Below, one piece after another: positions 23,730 to 35,549 of a stretch of 51,906 nucleotides of DNA (within the stretch, counting starts at the first letter, position 1; the number at the start of each line of letters is the position of its first letter). Made by a program: the position numbers and the translations under genes. Source of the DNA: Octopus bimaculoides (Eukaryota); NCBI RefSeq assembly GCF_001194135.2, contig NC_068991.1, positions 887,021-938,926 of the forward strand, given 5' to 3'. The notes below the pieces were generated by a model. It was not told where the DNA came from and searched no databases. It saw only the letters and a list, made by a program, of their open reading frames with translations.

Positions 23730-23878
23730 ACATAATCGATGAAGTCTTTGAGAAAGATGACCTCAATGATGATGGTTACCTGGACTACATGGAATTTACC
23801 AGAACTCACAGACGAAATCAGAGGAGATTCAGCACCCCACAAGAGAAAGAGATTCATGTCACCAAACCAAAACCATAA
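23730..23878 (+). CDS. MCFD2: MCFD2-like exon 4 (EF-hand 2, stop)
   Basis: DIIDEVFEKDDLNDDGYLDYMEF...KPKP*. Four exons total 543 bp = 180 aa. Confidence 0.9.
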
Positions 23879-24914
23879 CAAAAGATGAAAAGGAAACGGT
23901 TTTTGGAAAGGGAGAATAAGAAACCATTTATTTGTCATCAACGACTATTTTCTGTAATTCTTTTGTCATTTATTTGTCAACAAAACCTAAACACTTTATT
24001 CTGCAGAAGATTTTTAATAGAACTTCTTTAATATTTCTGATGAAATATTTTTAATGATATTTAATTACAAAGTATAAATGATGAGTAAACATTAAAAAAA
24101 AATCGTTTTGAAGAGAAAAAGAAGCAGGGTTGTTAGTGGGATTTGAACTGTGAAACGATTGTTCACTACATAACTGTCATTGATTTGAACCATGTAGCTC
24201 TTATTTTCCTGGGCAATCATTGACTACGTTGGCGTAGGTGAAGAGGATCAGATCGACGAGTTTCAATTTGGAAGCTTCCTCAGTATTCGATTACTTCCCT
24301 TCAACTGCTGAAAAAAGAGAAAATGGCAGACTCCCCCCCTCGACCTTCGTTGCTGTAAACACTGAATTATTTACAAGCTTTATTGTAATTTGGCTTATGC
24401 TATATTTGTGTAAACTGAGACCATCTTTTCTTCCAAACACATTAAAACCACAAAAATTTTTTCAAGTTCCATGTTTTTTTGTTAGACCTTTAGATCTAGT
24501 TTGGAACAAAAGCATTGCTAAATCCATTAATCCACCGTTCCAATACCTCAGCTTCATCATCAGGATGAAGTAATGGTTACAACAAGCTGATTACACGCTT
24601 TACAGCAAAGGATCATGGGAATGTTAAAACTGATAAAACCATTTATACCAGTTTTAAAAATGGTTAAGCTGAATCAACATCTGTTGTAGCTGTATATTAG
24701 TATTTCGATCTTACTAAACTTTCACTTATTAGTCTTCTCACTTTTTTTTCTGAAATTCTGTATAAAACATTGTAGTGATGTCAACTGGGTTTCTTTTTCT
24801 TCTTCTCATTTTATTTTGTGTTGTGTAATTGTGAATGGCTCCATTTTTGTTGTAAACGCATAGTCAATCCACAAGGAAGAGTGGTATTTGTATGTCCAAT
24901 GTTCATGTTTACAC

Positions 24915-25020
24915 TGAAGTGCATGGCTACATGGTAAAACGTTAGCTTCCCAACAACATGGTTCTGGGTTCAGTCCCACTGCATGACACTTTGGACAATT
25001 TTCTCCTACTATAACCTTGG
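24915..25020 (+). mobile_element. SINE family A head
   Basis: GGTTCTGGGTTCAGTCCCACTGCATGACACTTTGGACAA. Confidence 0.75.
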
Positions 25021-25500
25021 GTCATCATCATTGTTTAACAAATGAAAGGATAATGACATTGGTTGAGCGAAAGTATGTGGTTTGTTGTGTTGAGGGGGAG
25101 GAGGAGGAGGTTGGTCATCTCGGGGTTTTATTGAGATATATTCTCACTTTGTTTGTCATTCAGTCCATCGGATGTCAACTTACAAATCTTTGTGTTTAGT
25201 GGATGATGATGACAATGATGATGATGATGACAGTGATGATGGTGAGTGAGAGATGAAGGTTGAATTTGCGCTGCAAATGAATCAAAAGACAACAATGAAC
25301 TAATTAAAAAAAAGTTTTTATTTGCGACCAACAAATTGATATAAAATATAAATATTTAATGTATTCATCTACAACCAATGAGGTGAAGTGTATATATAAA
25401 NNNNNNNNNNNNNNNNNNNNNNNNNNNNNNNNNNNNNNNNNNNNNNNNNNNNNNNNNNNNNNNNNNNNNNNNNNNNNNNNNNNNNNNNNNNNNNNNNNNN

Positions 25501-25540
<40 letters not shown>

Positions 25541-26098
25541 CACACACGTCACAAACACACATGTCCATACATGCAGAGAGAGAGAGTGTGAAGGGTGGGG
25601 AGAAAGAGTATGTGTGTATATGTGTATATAAGATTATCCGTACAGATAAAAGGCTTGTCTCAAGACACATATCAAAGCAGAACCTGATGTAGATAAATAT
25701 ATGAAAGAGAAGACATCAACCAAGATGATGATAATGTTGTTGTTGCTGATGGGTCAAGTTCTATAAATATATAACAACATATACACATGTAGGATGGAGT
25801 AGATTCAGAAATAACTATGCATATATTTGTGTATGTATATATGTATGCGTATGTGTGTGTATCATATTTATTTAAATGAACAAAGAATGGTTCTTTATTG
25901 TAGACCAAATGCACATATATGCATGTACATCTATCTACGCACACATGGACATGTATATTTATATTGCAGGACAGAAAATATAGAAGAATAAAGAACTGCA
26001 TTTGATTGTGCAACGACTAGTAAAGCTGACCCCCACACCAGTTACTACTGCTTCATCTTTATCAAACATAGAGGCATACATAAACAAATATGTACATC

Positions 26099-26131
<33 letters not shown>

Positions 26132-26870
26132 NNNNNNNNNNNNNNNNNNNNNNNNNNNNNNNNNNNNNNNNNNNNNNNNNNNNNNNNNNNNNNNNNNNNN
26201 NNNNNNNNNNNNNNNNNNNNNNNNNNNNNNNNNNNNNNNNNNNNNNNNNNNNNNNNNNNNNNNNNNNNNNNNNNNNNNNNNNNNNNNNNNNNNNNNNNNN
26301 NNNNNNNNNNNNNNNNNNNNNNNNNNNNNNNNNNNNNNNNNNNNNNNNNNNNNNNNNNNNNNNNNNNNNNNNNNNNNNNNNNNNNNNNNNNNNNNNNNNN
26401 NNNNNNNNNNNNNNNNNNNNNNNNNNNNNNNNNNNNNNNNNNNNNNNNNNNNNNNNNNNNNNNNNNNNNNNNNNNNNNNNNNNNNNNNNNNNNNNNNNNN
26501 NNNNNNNNNNNNNNNNNNNNNNNNNNNNNNNNNNNNNNNNNNNNNNNNNNNNNNNNNNNNNNNNNNNNNNNNNNNNNNNNNNNNNNNNNNNNNNNNNNNN
26601 NNNNNNNNNNNNNNNNNNNNNNNNNNNNNNNNNNNNNNNNNNNNNNNNNNNNNNNNNNNNNNNNNNNNNNNNNNNNNNNNNNNNNNNNNNNNNNNNNNNN
26701 NNNNNNNNNNNNNNNNNNNNNNNNNNNNNNNNNNNNNNNNNNNNNNNNNNNNNNNNNNNNNNNNNNNNNNNNNNNNNNNNNNNNNNNNNNNNNNNNNNNN
26801 NNNNNNNNNNNNNNNNNNNNNNNNNNNNNNNNNNNNNNNNNNNNNNNNNNNNNNNNNNNNNNNNNNNNNN
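26132..26870. other. Assembly gap hiding the RIOX1 C-terminus. Other gaps: 3111-3668, 6790-7498, 8512-8686, 15396-15424, 20832-21532, 25401-25500, 40797-41373, 46791-46846
   Basis: N runs, most flanked by (AT)n or other microsatellites. Confidence 0.99.
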
Positions 26871-26890
26871 ATGGCTTGGACAAGTTCAAT
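26871..26890 (-). CDS. RIOX1: RIOX1 last coding exon, truncated by assembly gap
   Basis: Polypyrimidine tract plus ccctgcAG, then IELVQA(at..) running into N 26132-26870. Matches the position of LSLATTLYDKGLL in human NO66. Confidence 0.7.
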
Positions 26891-27061
26891 CTGCAGGGGG
26901 GAAGCAAAGAAGAAATTATTAAAGGGAATAAAAATACAACAGAAAGGAAAGAAACCACCAATCCACCTGAGACCACCCCCATCAGATACCAATCATAAAA
27001 ACTGGGTGTTTTTAAAGTGATTTCAATGAAAACCTTCCATCAAGATTACAGGCTAATTTAT

Positions 27062-27220
27062 GTTTCTGAGTGGTTGGCGTTAGGAAGGGCATCCAGCTGT
27101 AGAAACTCTGCCAGATTAGATTGGAGCCTGGTGTAGCCATCCGGTTGCACCAGTCCTCAGTCAAATCGTCCAACCCATGCTAGCATGGAAAGCGGACGTT
27201 AAACGATGATGATGATGATT
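27062..27220 (+). mobile_element. RTE-tail repeat (family D)
   Basis: Same family, ending in (GAT)n. Confidence 0.8.
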
Positions 27221-27569
27221 AATTAGATTAATTAATGATAATTAGTCCTTTAAATTCCTCATTAATTTCAAAATTGATTAAATCAAAGCAGTGCATTTCA
27301 AAAGAAATATGCTAACAAAATGGTCAAGCTGAAGCATTTGAGCCCCACGTACAGCACTGGTATTTATTTTTACCACTGCCAACTTTGCTAAGATTTGATC
27401 TCAAAATGTAAAGAGAGACAACTCAGTCATTTAATTCGTTGTTCTGCTGTTATGACAATATGGGGAAGGATTCGAAGCACCTCCAATAGATAACTGGTAT
27501 TTCATTTCATCTGCTCCAGGCATGATGATGATGATGATGATGATGATGACGATGATAAATGATGTTTAC

Positions 27570-27656
27570 CTGTTCTGTGAGTTGTGTAAGGGGTATATTC
27601 TCAACTGTGGTGAAATCAGGGTAGGTTTGTAACAGGAATTCAACAGCCAAGGCATA
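27570..27656 (-). CDS. RIOX1: RIOX1 exon 17
   Basis: YALAVEFLLQTYPDFTTVENIPLTQLTEQ (cf. AMELLLGSYPEFVRVGDLP). caacAG/GTAAAC. Confidence 0.93.
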
Positions 27657-28110
27657 CTGTTGCAGAAAAAAGAGAGAAAGAGTTTATATATACAAACATA
27701 CAGATTATATATATATATAAAAACACCCCCAACACATTGTTAAACACACATATAATAGAACAATTAGGACAAGTTATGTCAAGAGTGAGATAAATAGAAA
27801 GTGACAATTAGGACAAATTTTAATGTCAGAAGATACATACAAAAATAAACCATGTCAGATTGGGTTAAAACTATTAGAAAAAAATTAGGACAAATTATAT
27901 TAGGTGAGATAAACATGGAGTATTAGGAGAAACTATGATGTCATAGGCAAGATAAACATTAAAGAACCATAAAATCTGTGGAGGTGGGGGTGAAAACATA
28001 TAAGATCAAGACAATGGGAGAGGGTAAGGAGGGGGAGTGGAGAGAGAGAGAGGGGAAGAAAATAGAAAGGGGACAAGCATGAAATATGTGAAGAAACTCA
28101 GGTGACTTAC

Positions 28111-28210
28111 CCGATGAGGAATCTCCAAGTAATTTGATTCCACGTCCTGGTAGAGACGAGTGTTTTCTAAATTGTAGTAAATACGAACTTCATCTCCTTC
28201 AATCACCAGC
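28111..28210 (-). CDS. RIOX1: RIOX1 exon 16
   Basis: LVIEGDEVRIYYNLENTRLYQDVESNYLEIPHR. tttcAG/GTAAGT. Confidence 0.95.
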
Positions 28211-28245
28211 CTGAAATATAGTTAGATACACACACTTATATATGC

Positions 28246-28311
<66 letters not shown>

Positions 28312-28760
28312 TTATATATATATACATACATATATCTTCCCATAGACAGGCTCTACTCAATCCAGGGAGGGCTCTTTCCCTTTCTTGTTCTGTAACTGAC
28401 ATTGGAGCACAACATAGTCTTGTGACTTGCAGGACTTTGTCAAAAGATGTTGCAGGAAAGGAAAAGAAGAATGGACGGAGAGATAGGTGTGTGTGTTTGT
28501 GTGTGTGCGTGCGTGCGTGTGTGTAGGAAGTGATATAATTGATTGGATTTTCAGGTTGATAGAGAATGGGTTATAGATTTTGGTCTTTCAGGAGAAGAGG
28601 TAGTGTCTAAGGAACTGAAATACCTGATCCCCACTCTACCTTATTGTAAGGGAACCATTTGAACAAGATTTTGGTCTTTACAGAAAAATAGTCCTCTCCT
28701 TACCACAACTCTACCTAAGAGAACCAAGTAAAGGATTATTTCTAAGACAAGACATCTCAC

Positions 28761-28884
28761 CTGATGATACCAGCACGGAGCAGTTTGATTCTTGTATCTG
28801 GTCCCAGTTCCACCCGAGAGGCCACGGACTGGCTTTTGGCATTCCAGCGCTCCCCTTGTTCATGAATGGTGTACTGCTTCTCAC
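28761..28884 (-). CDS. RIOX1: RIOX1 exon 15
   Basis: GEKQYTIHEQGERWNAKSQSVASRVELGPDTRIKLLRAGII(R). ctcAG/GTGAGA. Confidence 0.93.
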
Positions 28885-29067
28885 CTGAGAGTAGAATGAT
28901 AATAATAATAATAATAATAATGATGATGATAACAATAGAAGAAAAAAAAAGAGGAGGAGAGGAAGTAGAGAAGGATAATCATCATAATGCAAGGTGTGTG
29001 TGTGTGTAAAAATATTTGCCAGACAGCTCCAGCCTCTATTTGAAACCCACATGCTGCAGTTACTTAC

Positions 29068-29209
29068 CATTAGAGATGTAAGGAGGAAGAGATTCATACA
29101 TGAATTTCTTGCCCATTTGGTCACAAGTTGCATCGACAGGAGCATGAGAGATCAGGCGCCGCATCAACTTATCAATATGTTGCATAAAATCCTGCCGTTC
29201 TTTCGAATG
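29068..29209 (-). CDS. RIOX1: RIOX1 exon 14
   Basis: HSKERQDFMQHIDKLMRRLISHAPVDATCDQMGKKFMYESLPPYISN. ttgcAG/GTAAGT. Confidence 0.95.
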
Positions 29210-29287
29210 CTGCAAAAATAGATTTACAATCTGATGGCAATGAAAACTATTTGAAAACAGACATACACACACATATATATATATACA

Positions 29288-29468
29288 CCGTATTTTAATG
29301 TATATAAGGAACCCTCGTGTATAAGGAACACCCTAATTTTGGGGGGTTTAAAATTTGGAAAAAAAGATTTTGTAAGGGATTATAATACTATACATATATA
29401 AGAAACTCCCATATTATTTTAACCTAATTTTTGACAAAAAAGGGTTCCTTATACACATTGAAATACAG
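29288..29468. mobile_element. Tc1/pogo-type MITE (181 bp) in a RIOX1 intron
   Basis: 26-bp TIR CCGTATTTTAATGTATATAAGGAACC versus reverse complement CTGTATTTCAATGTGTATAAGGAACC. Confidence 0.72.
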
Positions 29469-29489
29469 TTTATATGTATACATACGAAA

Positions 29490-29526
<37 letters not shown>

Positions 29527-29634
29527 TTAGTTCTAATAATCTTTGTCAAATCTGTCATTCGTAACATAACTTTGATTATGTTTGGTTTGCATTTCAGCCC
29601 CTTCTTCCCACTCTCTCCTTCTCTATGTATTATC

Positions 29635-29825
29635 ATCATCATCATCATCATTTAACGTCTGTTTTCCATGCTGGCATGGGTTGGATGGTTTGACAGGAGC
29701 TGGCAAGCCAGAGAGTTGCACCAGGCTCCAATTGTGTTTTGGCATGGTTTCTACATTTGGATGCCCTTCCTAACGCCAACCACTTTACAGAGTGGCACTG
29801 GGTGCTTTTTACGTGGCACCAGCAA
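29635..29825 (-). mobile_element. RTE-tail repeat (family D)
   Basis: (CAT)n then TTTAACGTCTGTTTTCCATGCTGGCATGGG. Confidence 0.8.
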
Positions 29826-30034
29826 CAAAGAGGTCTAAGTTAACATTTCTTCTGAAGGAGGTTTATCACAAAATGGAAAGAAAATGATGAATCTCCATTT
29901 TTCTCTCTAAAATTTTAATGAGTCTCTTCCCCAGAATTGCTGTCGGTCTCTCTTTGCCCGTCCATTCGTCCAACTGTTGATCACTGTTTTTACCTCGATT
30001 ACTCACCCCTCTATAGGAATGTGTGTGTGTTTCT

Positions 30035-30225
30035 GTGTGTCTGTTCCTGAACCCACTGCTTGACAACCAGCGTTGGTTTGTTTATGTCCCTGTAACAGTT
30101 CAGCAAAAGAAGCCAATAGAATAAATACCAGACTTTAAAAAAAAAAACATAAATATCGGGTTCAGTTTGGTTGACTGAAACCTTTGAAAACATTGCCCCA
30201 GCTTGGCCACAGTCCAATAAGTGAA
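30035..30225 (+). mobile_element. SINE family A 3' half
   Basis: Homologous to 8755-8930. Confidence 0.72.
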
Positions 30226-30261
30226 ATAAGTAAAAAAAAAAAATAAAAGGATCTCACTTAC

Positions 30262-30366
30262 ACTTTCAGAGTTAGCGACTCCCATGAAGTTGAGGTAGTT
30301 CAGTGGAAGACTCTTCCGGAACTCAACATCATCATCCATGGCTAACTTGATGGCAGTTGGTAACAT
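30262..30366 (-). CDS. RIOX1: RIOX1 exon 13
   Basis: MLPTAIKLAMDDDVEFRKSLPLNYLNFMGVANSES. ttccAG/GTAAGT. Confidence 0.95.
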
Positions 30367-30538
30367 CTGGAAATAGAGGGGCAGTGGTTGTACCAAATTT
30401 GGGATGGAGTAAAAAATGGCCATCACAACAGACATTTCTGTGGAAGAACAGAAACTAAAGAGACTGCAATAGATCTAAGAAGAATGAAGATTCTTCTGGA
30501 AGGAAAAGTTGTTAAGTAAATAGAAGAATATTTCAAAC

Positions 30539-30622
30539 CTTCTCCAAGAAATCTCCCCAGGAGTTCTTTTGGCAACAGGAAACAGTAATATGGAGAGAAT
30601 GCGTGTCTTCAACTGTGGTGGC
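30539..30622 (-). CDS. RIOX1: RIOX1 exon 12
   Basis: ATTVEDTHSLHITVSCCQKNSWGDFLEK. accAG/GTTTGA. Confidence 0.95.
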
Positions 30623-31124
30623 CTGGTACGACGAGAAGAGAAATAGGGTTAATCACAAACAGTAAAGGGTAGAAGAATGGGGTAGGGGTGTGGGGAACTA
30701 CGAAGTAATGGCAGTGAATGTAAAATGGTAACACACACACACAGAATTAACATAGCTCTACTTCCCCAAGCTTGCAGGAGTGAAACAGAGTTTACTGAAG
30801 CAGATCTTCTGCAGTTGGACGCCTTTCCTGATGCTGACCCTTACCTGGTTTCAGGCAAGGTAATATCCCACCAATGGTCAGACATGTTTTTGCAGAATAT
30901 TGGAAATGAATGGCATTCATTTACAACACCCATTTGGTGGCAAGACAAGGAGACACAAACACACATATATATACCCATGCCAGCATGGAAAGCAAACGTT
31001 AAATGATGATGATGATGATGATGATGATGATGTATATATACCTATATGCATATATATATTTATCATCATCATCATCATCGTTTAACGTCTGCTTTCCATG
31101 CTTATATGTGACAGGCTTCTTTCA

Positions 31125-31250
31125 GTTTCCATCTACCAAATGCACTCGCAATGCATTGGTTGGCCAAGGACCATAGTAGAAAATACTTGCCCAGAGTACC
31201 ACTCAGTGGGACTGAACCTGGAACTATGTGGTTGGGAAGCAAACTTTGTA
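31125..31250 (-). mobile_element. SINE family A head
   Basis: Reverse complement of the family A head. Confidence 0.75.
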
Positions 31251-31404
31251 AGTTGCAGCCACACCAAAGATCACATGGAATACAAATAAACAAAATGTTT
31301 ACGTCTTGTAATTCCACCATTGCTTACCATGCATGGCCACCACCCACCACTCTATCCTAACAGAAAATTAATTAAGGTGAAGTATTGTATTAACCCCGAC
31401 TCAC

Positions 31405-31499
31405 CTGATGTATCATACCACGGGGGAAATAGAGAAGATCCCCAGCATGGAGTTGGACATTGATCAAGGGTTTATCAAGGTCAGCAGCATTTAGGTTAC
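31405..31499 (-). CDS. RIOX1: RIOX1 exon 11 (distal His)
   Basis: GNLNAADLDKPLINVQLHAGDLLYFPRGMIHQ. ttcAG/GTGAGT. Confidence 0.96.
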
Positions 31500-31643
31500 C
31501 TGAAGAGAAAGAATACACAATGTTAGGGTGACAAGGTTAACTAAGGTGGTGGTGGTGGAGAGAAAGGGTCAACTAGAGTTGTAATCATGGGAGAGGGGTC
31601 ACGCTTGGTTGTGGCAGGGTGAAGGAGAGGAAAAAAAACTTAC

Positions 31644-31678
31644 CACTGGATGTTCTTGCCAACATTTCTGAGTCATTT
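31644..31678 (-). CDS. RIOX1: RIOX1 exon 10 (35-bp exon)
   Basis: (R)NDSEMLARTSS(G). tttacAG/GTAAGT; phases 2/1 fit both neighbours. Confidence 0.9.
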
Positions 31679-31784
31679 CTGTAAAAATAAATTATTTATT
31701 TTGTGACAAGAAATTAAAAATAGAGATGTGGAGCTGGGGTGACATACTGATTGAAAAAAAAAATCATAATAATTTTACTCTTTA

Positions 31785-32093
<309 letters not shown>

Positions 32094-32274
32094 TCATGAA
32101 GGAGAGATAAAAGGTGAGAAACATAACAAAACAGTTTATAAAAATATATTAACACCAGCAACACAACAACAAACACAATTCATAAAACAACTGTGTAGTC
32201 AATCAACTTGCTAGAAATAACAGCCAAAAATCATACCCCCACCACCACCACCATCATCATTATCTTAGTGTCAA

Positions 32275-32650
32275 TTGTTCCCTTCTTGTGTAGGTCATAT
32301 GGAATTTATTTGAGGCAGACATTCTATGGCTGGATGCCCTTTCTGTTGCTAACCCTCACCAGTTTCCAAATAAGATAACATTTTCCCCTGGCCAAATATA
32401 TATTTTTACCATTTGTCGTGTTCTTTTATCACTGCATTTGTCAGATCTGCTCTCACCACCTCTTTCCCTGTTTTCCAAAGTCTTCCTCTCCCAGTTCCCT
32501 TCAACTCGCATCTCTTGGCACTTCCTTACCCAATGACAAACATTATAAATATCAGTCCTAAAGCAATCTTCTCTCTCTTGTCTGCTGCATCTCAATCTCC
32601 TTATACTTCTCGGTTCATCTGTGCCAAGATCTTTACCAAGACGACACATT
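32275..32650 (-). mobile_element. Decayed RTE LINE 3' fragment in a RIOX1 intron
   Basis: WVRKCQEMRVEG..GR..W.T..VV..DL plus a GGGCATCCAGCC-type tail. Confidence 0.6.
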
Positions 32651-32679
32651 AACAACAAGAGAAAGAGGAAAGGCAGGTG

Positions 32680-32940
32680 GCACAATGGTTAGAGTATTGC
32701 ATTCCCAATCGCTAGCTAATGAGTTCGATTCCCAGAGTGGATGATGCTTTGTGCTCTTGAACAAAACACTTCATGTTGCTCCAGTCCCCAGTGGCAGACT
32801 AAGCCTCCTGATTAAGGGGCATGTGGACCTGCTCCCCTGGCCAGCAGGGTGGCATCATTTGAAAGCTAAAACAATGCAAAGCGCATTGTGACTAGCAATG
32901 TGTAACAACACCTGAGAGTCTGGTTGATACCCTGACAATC
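32680..32940 (+). mobile_element. SINE family C variant
   Basis: GGTGGCACAATGGTTAGAG..GAGTTCGATTCCC head. Confidence 0.72.
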
Positions 32941-33112
32941 TGAATAATAGCAAAGAGGGCCGTGATCATAAAAACATTGTTGATCATCAGGTCTGGTCTT
33001 CAACAAAAAGCCACAACAAACACAACCCCAGCACAAACACACAGGAATGACACATCTACAATAACATTAATGGCAGAATTGCATTAAGAAAACAAACAAA
33101 GAAAAGTCTTAC

Positions 33113-33219
33113 ACGTTAGCACCAACAAAACAACCAAAATATTCTTGTAATATTGACAGCTTCTTCCAGACATTTTCAGAATATGTCTGAGGATTTAAGA
33201 GACGAACAGAACAACCATT
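33113..33219 (-). CDS. RIOX1: RIOX1 exon 8
   Basis: NGCSVRLLNPQTYSENVWKKLSILQEYFGCFVGAN(V). ttcAG/GTAAGA. Confidence 0.95.
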
Positions 33220-33591
33220 CTGAAAGAAAGAAAGAAAAGAACATTTTATAGAAGTCACTAAAGCATAAAGACCAAGTCTTACTTATACTGCACACACACG
33301 CACACACATTTCTTTTCCGATGCTAACAGGGTTTACCAAACTGATGAGCCAAAAGGGCTGCACCAGAGGCCCAGCATCTTCTTTGACTTGGATGCCCTTT
33401 CTAACACCAACCACTTAGCAGAGTGCACAGGGTGCTTGTTTTTCATGGCACCGGCGCTGGTGAGGTTAACAAGCACCTGCAAGCGCCAGGAATGAAAGAG
33501 ATCAACATAAGCACCATTGCGGCAATCTTTGAGGTTTTGTGCCAAAGTTGGAAATCCTCACAAGAGAAAGAAAGAACGGCATCATACGTAC

Positions 33592-33705
33592 CTGGTAATA
33601 ATCCCAAACGACTGCAGCGTAAGCTCGACCTGTTGGATTGTGGGTCTCTCTTTTACCATCGCAATATGTTGTGACGTCAATATTCTTGCCAAACTGAATG
33701 TTTTC
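33592..33705 (-). CDS. RIOX1: RIOX1 exon 7
   Basis: ENIQFGKNIDVTTYCDGKRETHNPTGRAYAAVVWDYYQ. ttcAG/GTACGT. Confidence 0.95.
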
Positions 33706-33834
33706 CTGAAGTCAAGATAACATTATCACATATAAAATAGGTTCACAGGGATGAGTGTGTGTGTGTGTGTAGGGGTTGTAATCTGAGGCTCTGTTCTCAT
33801 GAAGCACATTCCAGTAATCAAATGTGTGGACCAT

Positions 33835-34275
33835 CATCATCGTCATTTAACGTCTGCTTTCCATGCTGGCATGGGTTGGACGGTTTGACTGAGGACTTGT
33901 GAGCCAGATGGCTGCACCAGGCTCAATCTGATCTGGCAGAGTTTCTACAGCTGGATGCCCTTCCTAATTAATGCCAACCACTCCGAGAGTGTAGTGGGTG
34001 CTTTTCATGTGCCACTGGCATGAGGGCTAGTCAGGCGGTACTGTCATCGGTCACGTCAGCGATTTTCATTTCAGTTGCCTCAACAGGCTTTCGCAAGCAA
34101 GGTTTATCGTACAATGAATGAAGGGTACTCATAAGTTGGTTGGTTATATATCACTGGCATAGGACACGGGTTATGGTCTCGCTTGGCTTGTCGGATCTTC
34201 TCAAGCACAGCATTTCTCCAAAGGTCTCAGTCACTAGTCATTGCCTCAGTGAGGCCCAATGTTCGAAGGTCATGC
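33835..34275 (-). mobile_element. RTE 3' end, 3' UTR and (GAT)n tail
   Basis: Homologous to 38980-39140 (HDLRTLGLTEAMT) and to the 43188-43720 copy. Confidence 0.82.
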
Positions 34276-34444
34276 ATTTGTTCTCCATGCTGGCAAGTCA
34301 GAGAGCTTCGCCATGCACCAGTTATCTGTTTGGCATGATTTCTATAGCCAGATGCCCCTCCAAATGCTAACCACTTTACTGAGTGCACTGGGTGCTTTAC
34401 ACACGCACACACACACACACAGCACATATACATCTACCACTTAC

Positions 34445-34544
34445 CTTCCTCAATATGGCATCCAATTCTTTTGTAGAAAACCAACCATTATTATAATCAG
34501 AAATGTGTCGTCTGACAACCAGGGGCTTCCTCTCCCACATCTGC
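34445..34544 (-). CDS. RIOX1: RIOX1 exon 6
   Basis: QMWERKPLVVRRHISDYNNGWFSTKELDAILRK. gtAG/GTAAGT. Confidence 0.95.
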
Positions 34545-35031
34545 CTACAACACAACAACAAACACAAGTTAAAATTGGTTTAGATTGCCACAATGCACAT
34601 TTGTAAGAAGACGACAAGATATAAGGAATTGAATTAGGAACCAGTATATAACTGGTACAAGTTGCTTCTTTTTATAATTGATTTGGGACTAAATAATAAC
34701 AATGAAAGACACATTAGAGAATGTAGCCCGAGATACATCATCATCATTTAACGTCCATTCTGCATGTTGACATGGGAGGGCAGTTTGAGAGGAGCTGGAC
34801 AAGGCCAGGAACCAGACCAGGCTCCACTTGTCTGCTTTGGCATGGATTCTATGGCTGGAGGCCCTTCCTAATGCCTTACATGTTTTCAATGATGATGATG
34901 ATAAATGATCGTGGGTTAAACACGAGGAGGAGGAGGATGACAACCATTTTAGTAATAAAATTAATGTTTATTCTCCAATGAAATATTGTGAGACAGACCC
35001 AGAAATGTAAGTAAACAGAGTTCAGACTTAC

Positions 35032-35180
35032 GTGAAGAATTTCTCTACAGTGACAGGATGGATGAGTTGAGTGAAGAGCCCGGTGGCCTCAGCCCGGCTG
35101 TCATGGGTGTAGGGGACAGTAGTAACGACGGACTGACCGACTGCTGGTGGCAGCCGGTGGGCATTTGGTTGTTGCTGCTT
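35032..35180 (-). CDS. RIOX1: RIOX1 exon 5
   Basis: ...HDSRAEATGLFTQLIHPVTVEKFF (cf. LFEWLIAPMPPDHFY). Donor GTAAGT, phase 2. Confidence 0.88.
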
Positions 35181-35313
35181 CTGGGTGGCAAGAAGGTAAG
35201 AGAATTGACTGAGTATGTGTGTATATATATATATATATATCTATATATATATATACATACACACACACACACACATATACATACTTGTGTGAGCACATGC
35301 ATATGTACATGTC

Positions 35314-35346
<33 letters not shown>

Positions 35347-35403
35347 CCCTACACAAACAGCCACACACACACACAGTTAAACGATATTGATCCCAACAAA
35401 TAC

Positions 35404-35549
35404 CTTTATCTTCTTCTCAAAGTTTTTCTTCATTTCTGCCACCGACATCTTACTGTTGCCTGAGGGTGACTTCTTCTTCTTCTTCTTCTTCTTGGAGGGG
35501 GTGGTCACCTGAGAGCTTTCTGGGGTCTCAACAGCTACAGGTTTGACAG
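35404..35549 (-). CDS. RIOX1: RIOX1 exon 4 (Lys8 tract)
   Basis: AVKPVAVETPESSQVTTPSKKKKKKKKSPSG...KKIK. ctctAG/GTATTT, phase 1/0. Confidence 0.8.
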
